A stretch of DNA of 57,554 nt, from IMG/VR virus record IMGVR_UViG_3300042297_000490. The stretch is one strand, 5' to 3'. The notes beneath the pieces were generated by a model. It saw only the letters and a list, made by a program, of their open reading frames with translations. It was not told where the DNA came from and did not search any database. The position numbers and the translations under genes are program-made. Shown here piece by piece: positions 1 through 9,597 of the stretch; positions within the stretch are counted from its first letter, which is position 1, and each line of letters starts with the position of its first letter. This DNA is from an uncultured virus (IMG/VR IMGVR_UViG_3300042297_000490) (lineage: Duplodnaviria > Heunggongvirae > Uroviricota > Caudoviricetes).

Positions 1-1179
1 GAACAATGGTCAATGCCGCCTTTTATTGATGAGTTTGGAAACAGTAAAGTTGACGAAGCACTTGAATCAATTAAAGAAAAACGTATTCAATGGAAGAAAG
101 ATTTAGATCCAGAACAATATCAAATTCGTATTTCACAGCATCCAACTAACTTAGAAGAAGCATTTGCTTTTCGTGGTGAAAGTATATTTCCAACACAATT
201 AATTAAAAGTAATAAACGTGATATTGAAGAAGGTGACTATCCATACAAATCATACAAATTAGAGTATGATACTCTTGGTGGAATTGTTGCATCATTAACA
301 AACAAACCACCAATCAAAGACTTTCCAATACAAAAAGCAGCAGAAGACAAGACTGGTGTAATTCAAGTATGGGAAGAACCAGATGAAGAAAAAGATTTCT
401 GTACAACATATTTTGCATCAGTCGATCCAGTTGGTGAAGGTAAAACCGTTACATCGGAATCGTTGTGTTCTATTTACATTTACAAAAATCCTGTACAAGT
501 ACAACGAGTAAAAGAGAATGGTGACGTTGAAGTACACATTGAAGGCGATAAAATTGTTGCTTGTTGGTGTGGTCGTTTCGATGACATTAATAAAACCCAT
601 GAACGTCTGGAAATATTAATTGAATGGTATCAAGCGTGGACAATAGTTGAGAACAACGTACCGTTATTCATTCAGTACATGCAATTCAAACGTAAACAGA
701 AGTATTTGGTTCCATCATCTCAAATGGTTCTTTCTAAAGAAGTACAAGCATCAAAAACCCAATTCCAACAATATGGTTGGAGAAACGTATCAACGCTGTT
801 TAAAACAGTTATGTTAAGTTACCTAATTGAGTTCTTAAAAGAAGAACTGGATGAGGAAGTTGATGAAAATGGTAAAGTGTACAAAAAGTATTTTGGTATC
901 AGCAGAATACCTGATATTATGGCAATGGTGGAGATGGAACAATACCAACCAGGAGTCAATGTCGATAGGTTGATTTCTTTGGGTGCATTGATTACCTTTG
1001 TTAAAATTCAAGAATCAAATCGTGGTTTAAAGAAAAGAGTTGAATATGAAGACACTCAATATTTGGAAAATTCAGAAAATTTGTATAAATTAAATAGAAG
1101 TCCTTTTAAAAATATCGGAATGAACAAACAAAGTAGTAGCTTTACTAAAAGTAGAAACCCATTCAAAAATTTAAAATAG
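1..1179 (+). CDS. terL: Terminase large subunit, C-terminal nuclease part (5'-truncated by window)
   Basis: Frame is open from base 1 (EQWSMPP...). RNase H-like nuclease motifs YFASVDPV, IVENN and NVDRL; directly upstream of the portal gene as in crAss-like phages. Confidence 0.9.
   Translation, partial: EQWSMPPFIDEFGNSKVDEALESIKEKRIQWKKDLDPEQYQIRISQHPTNLEEAFAFRGESIFPTQLIKSNKRDIEEGDYPYKSYKLEYDTLGGIVASLTNKPPIKDFPIQKAAEDKTGVIQVWEEPDEEKDFCTTYFASVDPVGEGKTVTSESLCSIYIYKNPVQVQRVKENGDVEVHIEGDKIVACWCGRFDDINKTHERLEILIEWYQAWTIVENNVPLFIQYMQFKRKQKYLVPSSQMVLSKEVQASKTQFQQYGWRNVSTLFKTVMLSYLIEFLKEELDEEVDENGKVYKKYFGISRIPDIMAMVEMEQYQPGVNVDRLISLGALITFVKIQESNRGLKKRVEYEDTQYLENSENLYKLNRSPFKNIGMNKQSSSFTKSRNPFKNLK
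1063..1092 (+). promoter_or_regulatory. Putative promoter for portal (TTG-N20-TAAATTA)
   Basis: TTG at 1063 and TAAATTA at 1086-1092, with the same spacing as the sites at 9528, 12568 and 22589. Confidence 0.45.
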
Positions 1180-1180
1180 C

Positions 1181-3916
1181 ATGGAGTTAATAAACGCAAT
1201 GGACATTAAGAAAGGTAAAAAAACCAAAAAAAGTAAATTTGGTGTATTTACCCAACCAATACAGTTTTTACCTGCTGATGAAAAAGATGATGAGTGGTAC
1301 AGACATAACATGGATTGGTTAGAATGGCAAGGAATTAAACAAATTTCTACCAAGGCTCGACGTATAATGAAAAATTATAAGTTGGCTAAAGGTACAATCG
1401 ATAAGACTGATTACATTCCTACTGTAGAGAATGACATGACAGAGATGTTGGAAGTTCTTACTGAAGATCGTGATAGCGCAATGGAATTAAAATTCTATCC
1501 AATCATACCAAATGTAATCAATACACTTGTTAGTGAATTTGCAAAAAGAAATACACGTATTGATTATCGTGCTATAGATGAGTATTCTTTTAATGAAATC
1601 ATGGATAAAAAAGTACAGGATATAAGTTCTGTATTGATTGAACATGCACAGCAAAAGTTAATGGCTCAAATGCTAGAAATGGGAATGGATCCTAATTCCG
1701 AAGAAGCACAACAACAACTTGATCCAGAAGCATTAAAAAAACTTCCAGGAATTGAAGAGTTCTATTCTAAAAAATATCAAACATTAGGAGAACAATGGGC
1801 TTCTAAACAACATGCAATTGATGTCAATCGATTCCGTATGGATGAAATGGAAGAAGTTGCTTTTAGAGATTCATTGATTGCTGATTGTGAGTTCTGGCAT
1901 TTTAAAATGTTGGAAGATGATTACAATATTGAATTGTTAAATCCAGCATTAACATTTTATCATAAATCACCAAGCACACAATACATCTCTCAAGCAAACT
2001 GGGCTGGATGGATTGACATGTTAACTATTGGTGATGTAGTTGATAAGTATGGATACTTAATGACAGCAGATCAATTAGAAACACTTGAATTATTGCATCC
2101 TGCGCGTTCTGCTCGTTATATGATTGATGGTGTTCCAAACGATGGTTCTTTATATGATTCTGATCTTTCAGTTGATGAAAATAGAAAAACAGGAGTTGAT
2201 ATGAAACGTCATCTTTCTTACATGGATAATGCATACGATGCACATGATGTTGTGTCTTGGATCATTGGAGAAAGTGAACACACAGGACTTTTACATAATT
2301 CAGAAATGTTACGTGTTTCTACAGTGTATTGGAAAACACAAAGAAAGATAGGACACTTAACAAAGATTGATGCAGATGGTGCAGTAATAACATCAATTGT
2401 AGATGAGCATTATTTGGTTGTTGATCAACCAGTATATAACACCACATTCACTGAAAATAAAACTGAAAACAATTTAGTATTTGGTGACCACATTGAATGG
2501 ATTTGGATTAACCAAACTATTGGTGGGGTTAAGATAGGTAACAACCGTACAATCTTTAACACAAGTCAAGATAGCGACTTTGATCCTATTTATATTGGTG
2601 TTGGTAGAAGAACTCCTGGACCATTACGTTTCCAATTTAAAGGTGATCAAACATTATACGGATGTAAACTTCCAATTGAAGGTCGTGTGTTTTCAGACAG
2701 AAATACTAAATCAATTTCATTAGTAGATTTAATGAAACCTGCACAGATTGGATTTAACATAGTTAACAATCAAATCTCTGACATTCTTATCGATGAGATT
2801 GGAACTGTCGTTGTACTTGACCAAAATGCATTACCAAAGCATTCTATGGGTGAAGACTGGGGGAAAGGTAACTTGGCTAAAGCATACGTAGCAATGAAAG
2901 ATTTTTCTATGCTTCCATTAGATCCAAGTATTGCTAATACAGAAAGTGCAACCAACTTCCAACATTACCAAGTTTTAAACATGGAACAATCAAATAGATT
3001 GATGTCTAGGATTCAATTAGCTAATTACTTTAAACAACAAGCAATGGAAGTTGTGGGATTAAATCCTCAACGTATGGGCCAACAACTTGGTCAGATAAAT
3101 ACAGCAACTGGTGTAGAACAAGCAATGACTGGTTCATTTGCACAAACTGAAACATATTTTGCACAACACTGCGATCAGTTAATGCCGCGTGTACACGAGA
3201 TGCGTACAAATCTTGCACAGTATTATCATTCAACAAAATCATCAGTTCGTTTGCAAGGAATGATTGCACAAGACGAAAGAGCAAATTTTGAAATCAATGG
3301 TACAGATTTATTACTAATTGACTTAAATGTATTCTGTAATACAAATGCAAATAATCGTGCAATCCTTGAACAGTTAAAACAATTATTTATTTCTAATAAT
3401 ACAACCGGTGCTTCTGTTTATGATTTAGGTAAACTTATGCAGTCGGACTCTTTAGGAACAATTAACAATGCATTAAAAGCAATTGAACAAAAAGCAGATG
3501 CTCGTCGTCAAGAAGAAGCTCAACAAGCACAACAACAACAAGAAGCTGAAATCCAAGCAAGACAACAAGAGAAACAAATGCTTATGGATCATGAATCCAG
3601 AGAGAAAGAAAAAGATCGTAGAAATCGTTTATTGGAAGCTGAAATTAAATCTTCTGGATATGGAGCTCAACAAGATATTAATCAAAATCAAGAATCAGAT
3701 TACACTGATGCAATGAAAGAAATTAAATCTACTGAACAATACCAACAAACAATGGGGTTTAATCAAGAAAAAGAAAACAATAGAAACAATATTGCTCAAC
3801 AAAAACTTGATTTGGATCGTGAAAAACTAGCAACTGATAGCAGAAACAAACAAATGGATTTTGCAATCGCACGTGAAAACAAGAATAAATTTGATCAGAA
3901 AAAACCTAACAAGTAA
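1181..3916 (+). CDS. Portal protein (911 aa)
   Basis: Size, position between terL and the scaffold/capsid genes, motifs YPIIPNVINTLVSE and SLVDLMKPAQ...N, and a Q/E-rich coiled-coil C-terminus typical of crAss-like portals. Confidence 0.9.
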   Translation: MELINAMDIKKGKKTKKSKFGVFTQPIQFLPADEKDDEWYRHNMDWLEWQGIKQISTKARRIMKNYKLAKGTIDKTDYIPTVENDMTEMLEVLTEDRDSAMELKFYPIIPNVINTLVSEFAKRNTRIDYRAIDEYSFNEIMDKKVQDISSVLIEHAQQKLMAQMLEMGMDPNSEEAQQQLDPEALKKLPGIEEFYSKKYQTLGEQWASKQHAIDVNRFRMDEMEEVAFRDSLIADCEFWHFKMLEDDYNIELLNPALTFYHKSPSTQYISQANWAGWIDMLTIGDVVDKYGYLMTADQLETLELLHPARSARYMIDGVPNDGSLYDSDLSVDENRKTGVDMKRHLSYMDNAYDAHDVVSWIIGESEHTGLLHNSEMLRVSTVYWKTQRKIGHLTKIDADGAVITSIVDEHYLVVDQPVYNTTFTENKTENNLVFGDHIEWIWINQTIGGVKIGNNRTIFNTSQDSDFDPIYIGVGRRTPGPLRFQFKGDQTLYGCKLPIEGRVFSDRNTKSISLVDLMKPAQIGFNIVNNQISDILIDEIGTVVVLDQNALPKHSMGEDWGKGNLAKAYVAMKDFSMLPLDPSIANTESATNFQHYQVLNMEQSNRLMSRIQLANYFKQQAMEVVGLNPQRMGQQLGQINTATGVEQAMTGSFAQTETYFAQHCDQLMPRVHEMRTNLAQYYHSTKSSVRLQGMIAQDERANFEINGTDLLLIDLNVFCNTNANNRAILEQLKQLFISNNTTGASVYDLGKLMQSDSLGTINNALKAIEQKADARRQEEAQQAQQQQEAEIQARQQEKQMLMDHESREKEKDRRNRLLEAEIKSSGYGAQQDINQNQESDYTDAMKEIKSTEQYQQTMGFNQEKENNRNNIAQQKLDLDREKLATDSRNKQMDFAIARENKNKFDQKKPNK

Positions 3917-3932
3917 TGATTTGTTAGGTTTT
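3901..3932 (+). terminator. Hairpin overlapping the portal stop codon
   Basis: Perfect 12-bp inverted repeat AAAACCTAACAA (3901-3912) / TTGTTAGGTTTT (3921-3932). Confidence 0.55.
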
Positions 3933-4009
3933 AACTATAGTATGTTTCAAAACTAAATGGTACTTAAAAATAGTTAAACATATTATATTTAAAAACCAAT
4001 ATTTTTGCG

Positions 4010-4016
4010 TATATTA
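4010..4016 (+). promoter_or_regulatory. Putative promoter element TATATTA upstream of scaffold/capsid operon
   Basis: Same TATATTA heptamer after a T-rich run as at 9551, 12591, 22612 and 29761. Confidence 0.55.
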
Positions 4017-4045
4017 ATTATAGTCAGTAATAAAACCAACACATT

Positions 4046-5317
4046 ATGACAGAAGAAGAAAAAGCAGCAGCTGATGTAGCTGCAAAAGCTTCCAATACAA
4101 CGGTAGAGGAAGTTGATTTTGATAACTTGGATGAATTATTAGGAATTGATTCCGCATCGATTGTAACTGGTACAAGTACCAAACCTTCGGTTTTAAATTC
4201 AGGCAATGTTGACACATCGTTCCTTGACAATGACATTGATAGTGCTACACCAGAAGCATTAAAAGATGCGAGTAATGATCAATTAAAAGATGCAGTTGCA
4301 AATGCTGTAGATTCTAATTTATCTGATGATGAAGAAGATGAAGATGAAGCTCCTATTAACAAAGGTGGAAGACCTACGTTAAGCAAAGATGCAATGATTG
4401 AAGCAGCAAAAAGTCTTATCGAAGATGGTACGCTGCAAGCATTTGATGATGATAAATCTTTAGAAGATTATACGTTAGCTGATTTTAAGGAATTGATTCA
4501 AGCAAACATTTCTTCACAGGTTTCCAGTGCTGCACAGAATGCACCAGTTGAACTATTCAAACAATTACCTGAAGAAGTTCAAGCGGCTGTACATTATGCA
4601 TTAAATGGTGGCCAGGATACAAAATCAATTTTTGCACAACTTGCAAAGGTTCAAGAAACTTTTGATTTAGATGTTACAGTTGAAAAAGATCAAGAAGATA
4701 TTATCAGACAATGGTATCAAGCTTCTCAAACTTTTGACACAACAGAAGAAATTGAAGATGAAATTAATCTTTTAAAGGATAGAGGTGATCTTCAAAAATT
4801 TGCTGAAAGGTACAAACCGAAGTTAGATTCAAAACAAGCAGAGGTTGTTGAAAAAAGATTGAAAGATCAACAAGCATCAAAAATTAGAAAAGAGGAAACT
4901 CAAAAAGAGTACACGAATACAATATACAAAACACTGAACACTACAGAGCTTAATGGAATTCCATTAAATTCTAAAATTCAAAACATGTTGTACTACGGTT
5001 TAGTTGATTCAAGTAAATATCAAACTGCAGAAGGGAAACCTACAAATGCTTTAGGATATTTGTTAGAGCAACACCAGTTTGGAAAAAATGCAAATCCATC
5101 ATTAGTTGCAGAAGCACTATGGTTGTTAGCAGATCCAGATGATTACCGAAGCAACATAAAACAAATAGGTAGCAAAGATGCCAATGCAAAAACGGTAAGA
5201 ATGTTAAAGACAGAAGAAGCTTCAAGACAAGGTTCATCTTCAGTAACTGATACCAAAGAAGGAAGTAATCAACGTAGTACGTTGAAGAAAAGTGCAAGAA
5301 ACATTTTTGCAAGATAA
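4046..5317 (+). CDS. Acidic scaffold-like / capsid assembly protein (423 aa)
   Basis: D/E-rich N-terminus, helical C-terminus, and position between portal and major capsid genes. Confidence 0.65.
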   Translation: MTEEEKAAADVAAKASNTTVEEVDFDNLDELLGIDSASIVTGTSTKPSVLNSGNVDTSFLDNDIDSATPEALKDASNDQLKDAVANAVDSNLSDDEEDEDEAPINKGGRPTLSKDAMIEAAKSLIEDGTLQAFDDDKSLEDYTLADFKELIQANISSQVSSAAQNAPVELFKQLPEEVQAAVHYALNGGQDTKSIFAQLAKVQETFDLDVTVEKDQEDIIRQWYQASQTFDTTEEIEDEINLLKDRGDLQKFAERYKPKLDSKQAEVVEKRLKDQQASKIRKEETQKEYTNTIYKTLNTTELNGIPLNSKIQNMLYYGLVDSSKYQTAEGKPTNALGYLLEQHQFGKNANPSLVAEALWLLADPDDYRSNIKQIGSKDANAKTVRMLKTEEASRQGSSSVTDTKEGSNQRSTLKKSARNIFAR

Positions 5318-5343
5318 ATTAGTAATTAATAAATAATAAATAA

Positions 5344-6960
5344 ATGAGTACACCAGTTTTAAATAATGGTATGTTCCTTCGTGACAACCATTACACAGCG
5401 AGCTCTCATGTGGATTCTTACCACTTAATGAACTTGATGAAAGACGCACAACCTGATGATTTAGGTCCTATTGAATTATGGGCTCAAGTTAAAAAAGTTG
5501 AGATGCCTTTGTATCAAATGTCTTCTTTTAACGGTAAGAACGTAATTGAGGTTCAACACCCAAGAGGTGAGTATAAATGGAGCACACCAGTTTCTGAAGA
5601 ACTTCCGTTCATTGTTGAGGATTTAGATCCAAACAACACGAGCAAAGGTTTAGATGGTACACCGTTTAAAATCAAAATGAACAAAAGAACTTTTGGTCAT
5701 GGTGATATAATCACTTATGATAAGTTCAATGGTAAAGAGTTATACATCACTGACGAGGACATCCTTGATTTAGGTGATGGTGTAATCTATACAGTTCAAA
5801 TGCCAAACAATGATTCTGAAGGTGTATTTGATAACCGTTTCTTGACGAACAACACGTATTTCTTTAGAGTAGGTTCTGCTCGTGGTGAGTATGGTGAAAG
5901 ATATTCTGATCTTTCTATGACTCACTCAACTCGTGAGTTCTACAATTACGTAGGAAATTCAGATGCACACGTGCATTACACAATCTCTTCTAAAGTTAAA
6001 TTGATGGAGAAAGGTGGTATGAAAGTAGATGGTTCAGTTCCTGTAACTGAAATCTGGAAAAACTTTGATACAACTATGGATCCTTCTATCAATACATTAG
6101 AAGGTATGGTAAAAGACAGAGGTGTTGATTACGTGAAAAAAGCACAAGAAAATGGAAATCTTGTTCGTTCTTTCATCACGAAATTAGAAGCAGCGCATCT
6201 TTCTAAAATTGCTTATGACATCGAAACTTACCTTATGTGGGGTAAAGGTGGTCGTATCAAGCAAGATGGACCAGATGATCTACGTTTATCAGTTGGACTT
6301 TGGAAACAATTAGATTTGTCTTTCAAACATGTTTACAACAAAGCTGATTTCCGTTTAGACATCTTCCGTTCTGAAATCTTCAACTTCTACAATGGTAAAG
6401 TTGACTTCCAAGGACCAGACTCTCAACGTCAGTTGATCGTACAAACTGGTATGGGTGGTATGAGATTAATCAATGAAGCTATCAAACGTGAAGCAATGTC
6501 TTCTGGTTTGGTTATGAATGCTAAAGAACTTGGAGCTGTTAAGAACCAAGGGATGGATTTAGGTTTCGGATTCTCTTTCACAGAGTACATGATTCCTTTC
6601 TTGGCAAACATCAAGTTTGTATTGAACCCTGCTTTCGATAACTTGCAAAACAATGAAATCGAAAATCCAATCATCGATGGTCATAGATTGTCTTCTTATT
6701 CATTCATCATTTTCGACATCACTGAAAATGGTAATGATAACATCAAGTTGTTAAAATCAGCTTGGAATAAAGACCTTCAGTGGAGATACGTGAATGGTAC
6801 TATGGATTACCTAGGAAGAACTCAAGGGTTTGCTTCATCTGGTAACTTCAATGGATACCAAATCTACATGACGCAAGCAATGCCTGCGATCAAAGTAGAA
6901 GATCCTACTAAAGTATTGAAAATCGTTATGAGAAATCCTTTAACAGGTGGTTCTTTATAA
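5344..6960 (+). CDS. Major capsid protein (538 aa)
   Basis: Codon usage suggests high expression (ttc, aac, atc, cgt). Motifs YLMWGKGG, GLWKQL, TGMGGM and NPAFDN resemble crAss-like MCPs; followed by a strong terminator. Confidence 0.9.
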   Translation: MSTPVLNNGMFLRDNHYTASSHVDSYHLMNLMKDAQPDDLGPIELWAQVKKVEMPLYQMSSFNGKNVIEVQHPRGEYKWSTPVSEELPFIVEDLDPNNTSKGLDGTPFKIKMNKRTFGHGDIITYDKFNGKELYITDEDILDLGDGVIYTVQMPNNDSEGVFDNRFLTNNTYFFRVGSARGEYGERYSDLSMTHSTREFYNYVGNSDAHVHYTISSKVKLMEKGGMKVDGSVPVTEIWKNFDTTMDPSINTLEGMVKDRGVDYVKKAQENGNLVRSFITKLEAAHLSKIAYDIETYLMWGKGGRIKQDGPDDLRLSVGLWKQLDLSFKHVYNKADFRLDIFRSEIFNFYNGKVDFQGPDSQRQLIVQTGMGGMRLINEAIKREAMSSGLVMNAKELGAVKNQGMDLGFGFSFTEYMIPFLANIKFVLNPAFDNLQNNEIENPIIDGHRLSSYSFIIFDITENGNDNIKLLKSAWNKDLQWRYVNGTMDYLGRTQGFASSGNFNGYQIYMTQAMPAIKVEDPTKVLKIVMRNPLTGGSL

Positions 6961-6979
6961 TTAGAATATTCACTAAAAG

Positions 6980-7011
6980 AAGGAGCTGGTAACCACCAGT
7001 TCCTTTTTTTT
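6980..7011 (+). terminator. Rho-independent terminator after MCP
   Basis: AAGGAGCTGGT-aacc-ACCAGTTCCTT followed by a T run. Confidence 0.85.
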
Positions 7012-7024
7012 AAACTTAATTATT

Positions 7025-7291
7025 ATGTCTTTAGTAAAATTAAACGCGTTAAAAACGCCAACTGTTTTAAAAACTGCAGATTTCGAAACATTTGAATTTG
7101 CAAGATTAGCACATTTGAACAGCTTAATGGATCAAATTAATGCTGCAAATGGAGCTGTAAAAGCAGCTGGTGCAGTAACTTTAACTCCTGTAGCAACAGG
7201 TGCAACGGTTGCACAAACTATTACTACGGTTAATGCAAATTTAGTTTTGATTGAAACAAAATTAAATTTGATAATCGCAGCATTATCATAA
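7025..7291 (+). CDS. Small virion protein, possible head fibre/decoration (88 aa)
   Basis: Directly after MCP; Ala/Thr-rich with a C-terminal coiled-coil (TVNANLVLIETKLNLIIAAL). Confidence 0.5.
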   Translation: MSLVKLNALKTPTVLKTADFETFEFARLAHLNSLMDQINAANGAVKAAGAVTLTPVATGATVAQTITTVNANLVLIETKLNLIIAALS

Positions 7292-7299
7292 ATTGCAAA

Positions 7300-7324
7300 G
7301 CAGCTTCTTCGGAAGCTGTTTTTT
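7300..7324 (+). terminator. Rho-independent terminator with cUUCGg tetraloop
   Basis: GCAGCTTC-TTCG-GAAGCTGT followed by TTTTT. Confidence 0.85.
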
Positions 7325-7326
7325 AT

Positions 7327-7334
7327 TAAATTTG
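7327..7334 (+). promoter_or_regulatory. Bacteroidetes-type -7 element TAAATTTG
   Basis: Exact TAnnTTTG match just after a terminator and 25 nt before the ATG at 7360. Confidence 0.55.
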
Positions 7335-7359
7335 TCAGTACAAAAATAAACCAACGAAC

Positions 7360-8355
7360 ATGAGTGCAAAAAATTTAGGAGCATTAGGAAAAATCGCTAT
7401 CAAACCATTTAGCGATCCAGATGTAGAGAATATGGGATTAGAAAATTATAACTATGTAGTTTTCCCAAATACGTTTCAAGTAGAACCACTTGCAGCAATT
7501 GAACAAAACGGTAAGATTCGTTATTTGAACGGATTGTATGAGTTTGCACCAGAGATTAAACAAATCACTGATGAAGCTAAAAAGAAAGCTGTTATTAAAG
7601 ACATTAGAGAAACCGTTGCTATGCTTGAAAGAGAAAGAGCGTTTAATCACATTGATGTTGATGACAAAGACTTTTGGAGTAAAGTAGAAATGTTTGGACC
7701 AAACAATTCTGAAATTTGGAGTAAGGTATTATTGAAATTAGGAAACGATGATGTTTATTTGGATCCTGTAAATAACCTTGACCATTTACTTATCATCAAA
7801 GGTATTGAGAACGGTGGCTTTTCATTAGTTGCAACAAGCTGGGAAGATTGTAAAAGAAATAAAAAGAAATGGTATTTAGATAGACAAATCGATACTATGG
7901 CTAACAAAGTTTCTTCAGTTAAATTGAAAAATAAAGCATTGGCTTTATTGAATACTTTGTCTGATGAAGATCCAAGAAAACTATATTACATTGCTAAAAA
8001 CATTGTTAAAGATAGTATTCAGTATAGCAATAGAACATTGCCTGATACAGTTTATTCTAACTTGGATTCATACATACAAGGATTGTCATACGATAGCGAT
8101 AAAAAGCGTTGTGCTTCATTGTTTATTGAACATGCAGAAATGTCACATGATGTACTTAAATTAAAAGCAATTATTAAAGATGCATCTTTCCATAAATACA
8201 TTATCGTTAAAGCGGATGGTGTTTTATATGAAGAAACTGAAAACATAATGCTTGGAAGAAATAGTGCAGATGTTTTAGAATTTTTAAACAATCCATTGAA
8301 TGAAGACATCCTGGACAAATTGATGGCCAGAGTTGAATCATTATGGGCTAAATAA
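7360..8355 (+). CDS. Conserved crAss-like capsid-module protein of unknown function (331 aa)
   Basis: Long ORF in the slot after MCP and before the ring protein; C-terminus IMLGRNSADVLEFLNNPLNEDIL. Confidence 0.6.
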   Translation: MSAKNLGALGKIAIKPFSDPDVENMGLENYNYVVFPNTFQVEPLAAIEQNGKIRYLNGLYEFAPEIKQITDEAKKKAVIKDIRETVAMLERERAFNHIDVDDKDFWSKVEMFGPNNSEIWSKVLLKLGNDDVYLDPVNNLDHLLIIKGIENGGFSLVATSWEDCKRNKKKWYLDRQIDTMANKVSSVKLKNKALALLNTLSDEDPRKLYYIAKNIVKDSIQYSNRTLPDTVYSNLDSYIQGLSYDSDKKRCASLFIEHAEMSHDVLKLKAIIKDASFHKYIIVKADGVLYEETENIMLGRNSADVLEFLNNPLNEDILDKLMARVESLWAK

Positions 8356-8361
8356 ATTGAA

Positions 8362-8484
8362 ATGGCAAAGACAACAGCTAGTACAAAAAAATCAGATTGT
8401 GCAGAAAAGGTTAAAAAATCTTTTCAAGCAGGAATGATGATTGGTCGTAACATGAAGAAACCGGTTACTAAAAAGAAAAAGTAA
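8362..8484 (+). CDS. Small Lys-rich protein (40 aa, not in ORF track)
   Basis: MAKTTASTKKSDCAEKVKKSFQAGMMIGRNMKKPVTKKKK*; fills the gap and its stop overlaps the next ATG (TAATG). Confidence 0.7.
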   Translation: MAKTTASTKKSDCAEKVKKSFQAGMMIGRNMKKPVTKKKK

Positions 8485-8651
8485 TGGCAAAGGTTAAAAA
8501 GGGAATGGGTTTTAAAGCAGCACAAAAAAACATTGCATCTAAACAAGGTGTATCAATGGAAAGTGCTGGTGCAATATTAGCATCATCTGCACGTAAAGCA
8601 TCACCTGCCGCAAAAAAAAAGAATCCAAATTTAAAAAAGGTTAAAGGATGA
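8484..8651 (+). CDS. Small basic protein (55 aa, not in ORF track)
   Basis: MAKVKKGMGFKAAQKNIASKQGVSMESAGAILASSARKASPAAKKKNPNLKKVKG*; coupled at both ends (TAATG and ATGA overlaps). Confidence 0.8.
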   Translation: MAKVKKGMGFKAAQKNIASKQGVSMESAGAILASSARKASPAAKKKNPNLKKVKG

Positions 8652-9349
8652 AAAATTCAGTAATCAAAGTAAAAGTTAAACAGCGAATGAATAAACTTGC
8701 TAGTAATGACTATGATAATATCATGGACTGGCAAATCGTTGAAGCATTTAACAAAGGTATGATTGGTTGGTGTCGAAGACAAATCCAAGGAACTAATCTT
8801 ACAAAAACTGGAAACGAATCTTCAAATAGACGTATAGATGACATTCAAGTGTTACTTACGACTCTTTCTATGCAGTTTGGAAAGAAAGATGGGTACTATG
8901 CATCAAACTCTTTTCCTAAAGATTATTTCCAGTGGAAACGTATTAGTGCTAAAATGAAAGCAGACTGTTGTGAACCAAGACCTGCTATGATCTATTTAGC
9001 TGAAGAAGGAAATGTAGATGAGTTATTACGCGATGTAAATAAGAATCCAAATTTTCAATGGGCTGAAACTTTTTGTACAATGGGTGGTAATGTAATTAAA
9101 ATATATACCAACAATAAATTTGATATTCAAGATATAGTTTTAACATACTTTAGACAACCAAAAAGAATCCAAATTTTAGGAACTGTAAATCCATATACAA
9201 CCGAACCTTCTTTAGAAGAAGTTGAATGTGAATTTAAAGAGGATGTCATTGAATTATTAATTGATGAATGTGTAAAAATTATTACTGGTGATATTGAAAG
9301 TATTACTGCAAATCAAATTGCTGAACAATCCGTAGAGCAAAATAATTAA
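8648..9349 (+). CDS. Tail ring / head-tail adaptor protein (233 aa)
   Basis: Motifs KLASNDYDNI, LTYFRQP and ECEFKEDVIELLIDE; crAss-like synteny. Confidence 0.65.
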   Translation: MKNSVIKVKVKQRMNKLASNDYDNIMDWQIVEAFNKGMIGWCRRQIQGTNLTKTGNESSNRRIDDIQVLLTTLSMQFGKKDGYYASNSFPKDYFQWKRISAKMKADCCEPRPAMIYLAEEGNVDELLRDVNKNPNFQWAETFCTMGGNVIKIYTNNKFDIQDIVLTYFRQPKRIQILGTVNPYTTEPSLEEVECEFKEDVIELLIDECVKIITGDIESITANQIAEQSVEQNN

Positions 9350-9376
9350 TCGTGTAATCAATAAATATAAATAAAA

Positions 9377-9520
9377 ATGGCAGTAGCAAAGAAAAAAGCC
9401 GCACCTGCAAAAGGAGCATGGGTTCCACCATGGGCGAAGAAAGCCGCACCAGCAAAGGCTGGAGCAAAAAAATCAATGCCTAAAAAATCAATGGGTGGAT
9501 CATCTAAAAATAAATGTTAA
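9377..9520 (+). CDS. Small Lys/Ala/Pro-rich histone-tail-like peptide (47 aa, not in ORF track)
   Basis: MAVAKKKAAPAKGAWVPPWAKKAAPAKAGAKKSMPKKSMGGSSKNKC*; A-rich leader; internal repeats KKAAPAK x2 and KKSM x2. Confidence 0.75.
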   Translation: MAVAKKKAAPAKGAWVPPWAKKAAPAKAGAKKSMPKKSMGGSSKNKC

Positions 9521-9527
9521 GAAAGTC

Positions 9528-9557
9528 TTGCATTTTTGAAAAACATTTTGTATATTA
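9528..9557 (+). promoter_or_regulatory. Putative promoter TTG-N20-TATATTA
   Basis: TTG 9528-9530 and TATATTA 9551-9557, 40 nt before the ATG at 9598. Confidence 0.65.
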
Positions 9558-9597
9558 TTTACTTAATGTATTATTTAATAATTAAAAACTGTAAAAA

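Noticed and set aside
1..6960. Inteins or group I introns in terL, portal or MCP
   Set aside because: Frames are uninterrupted, sizes are ordinary, and no intein junction or homing-endonuclease motifs were seen.
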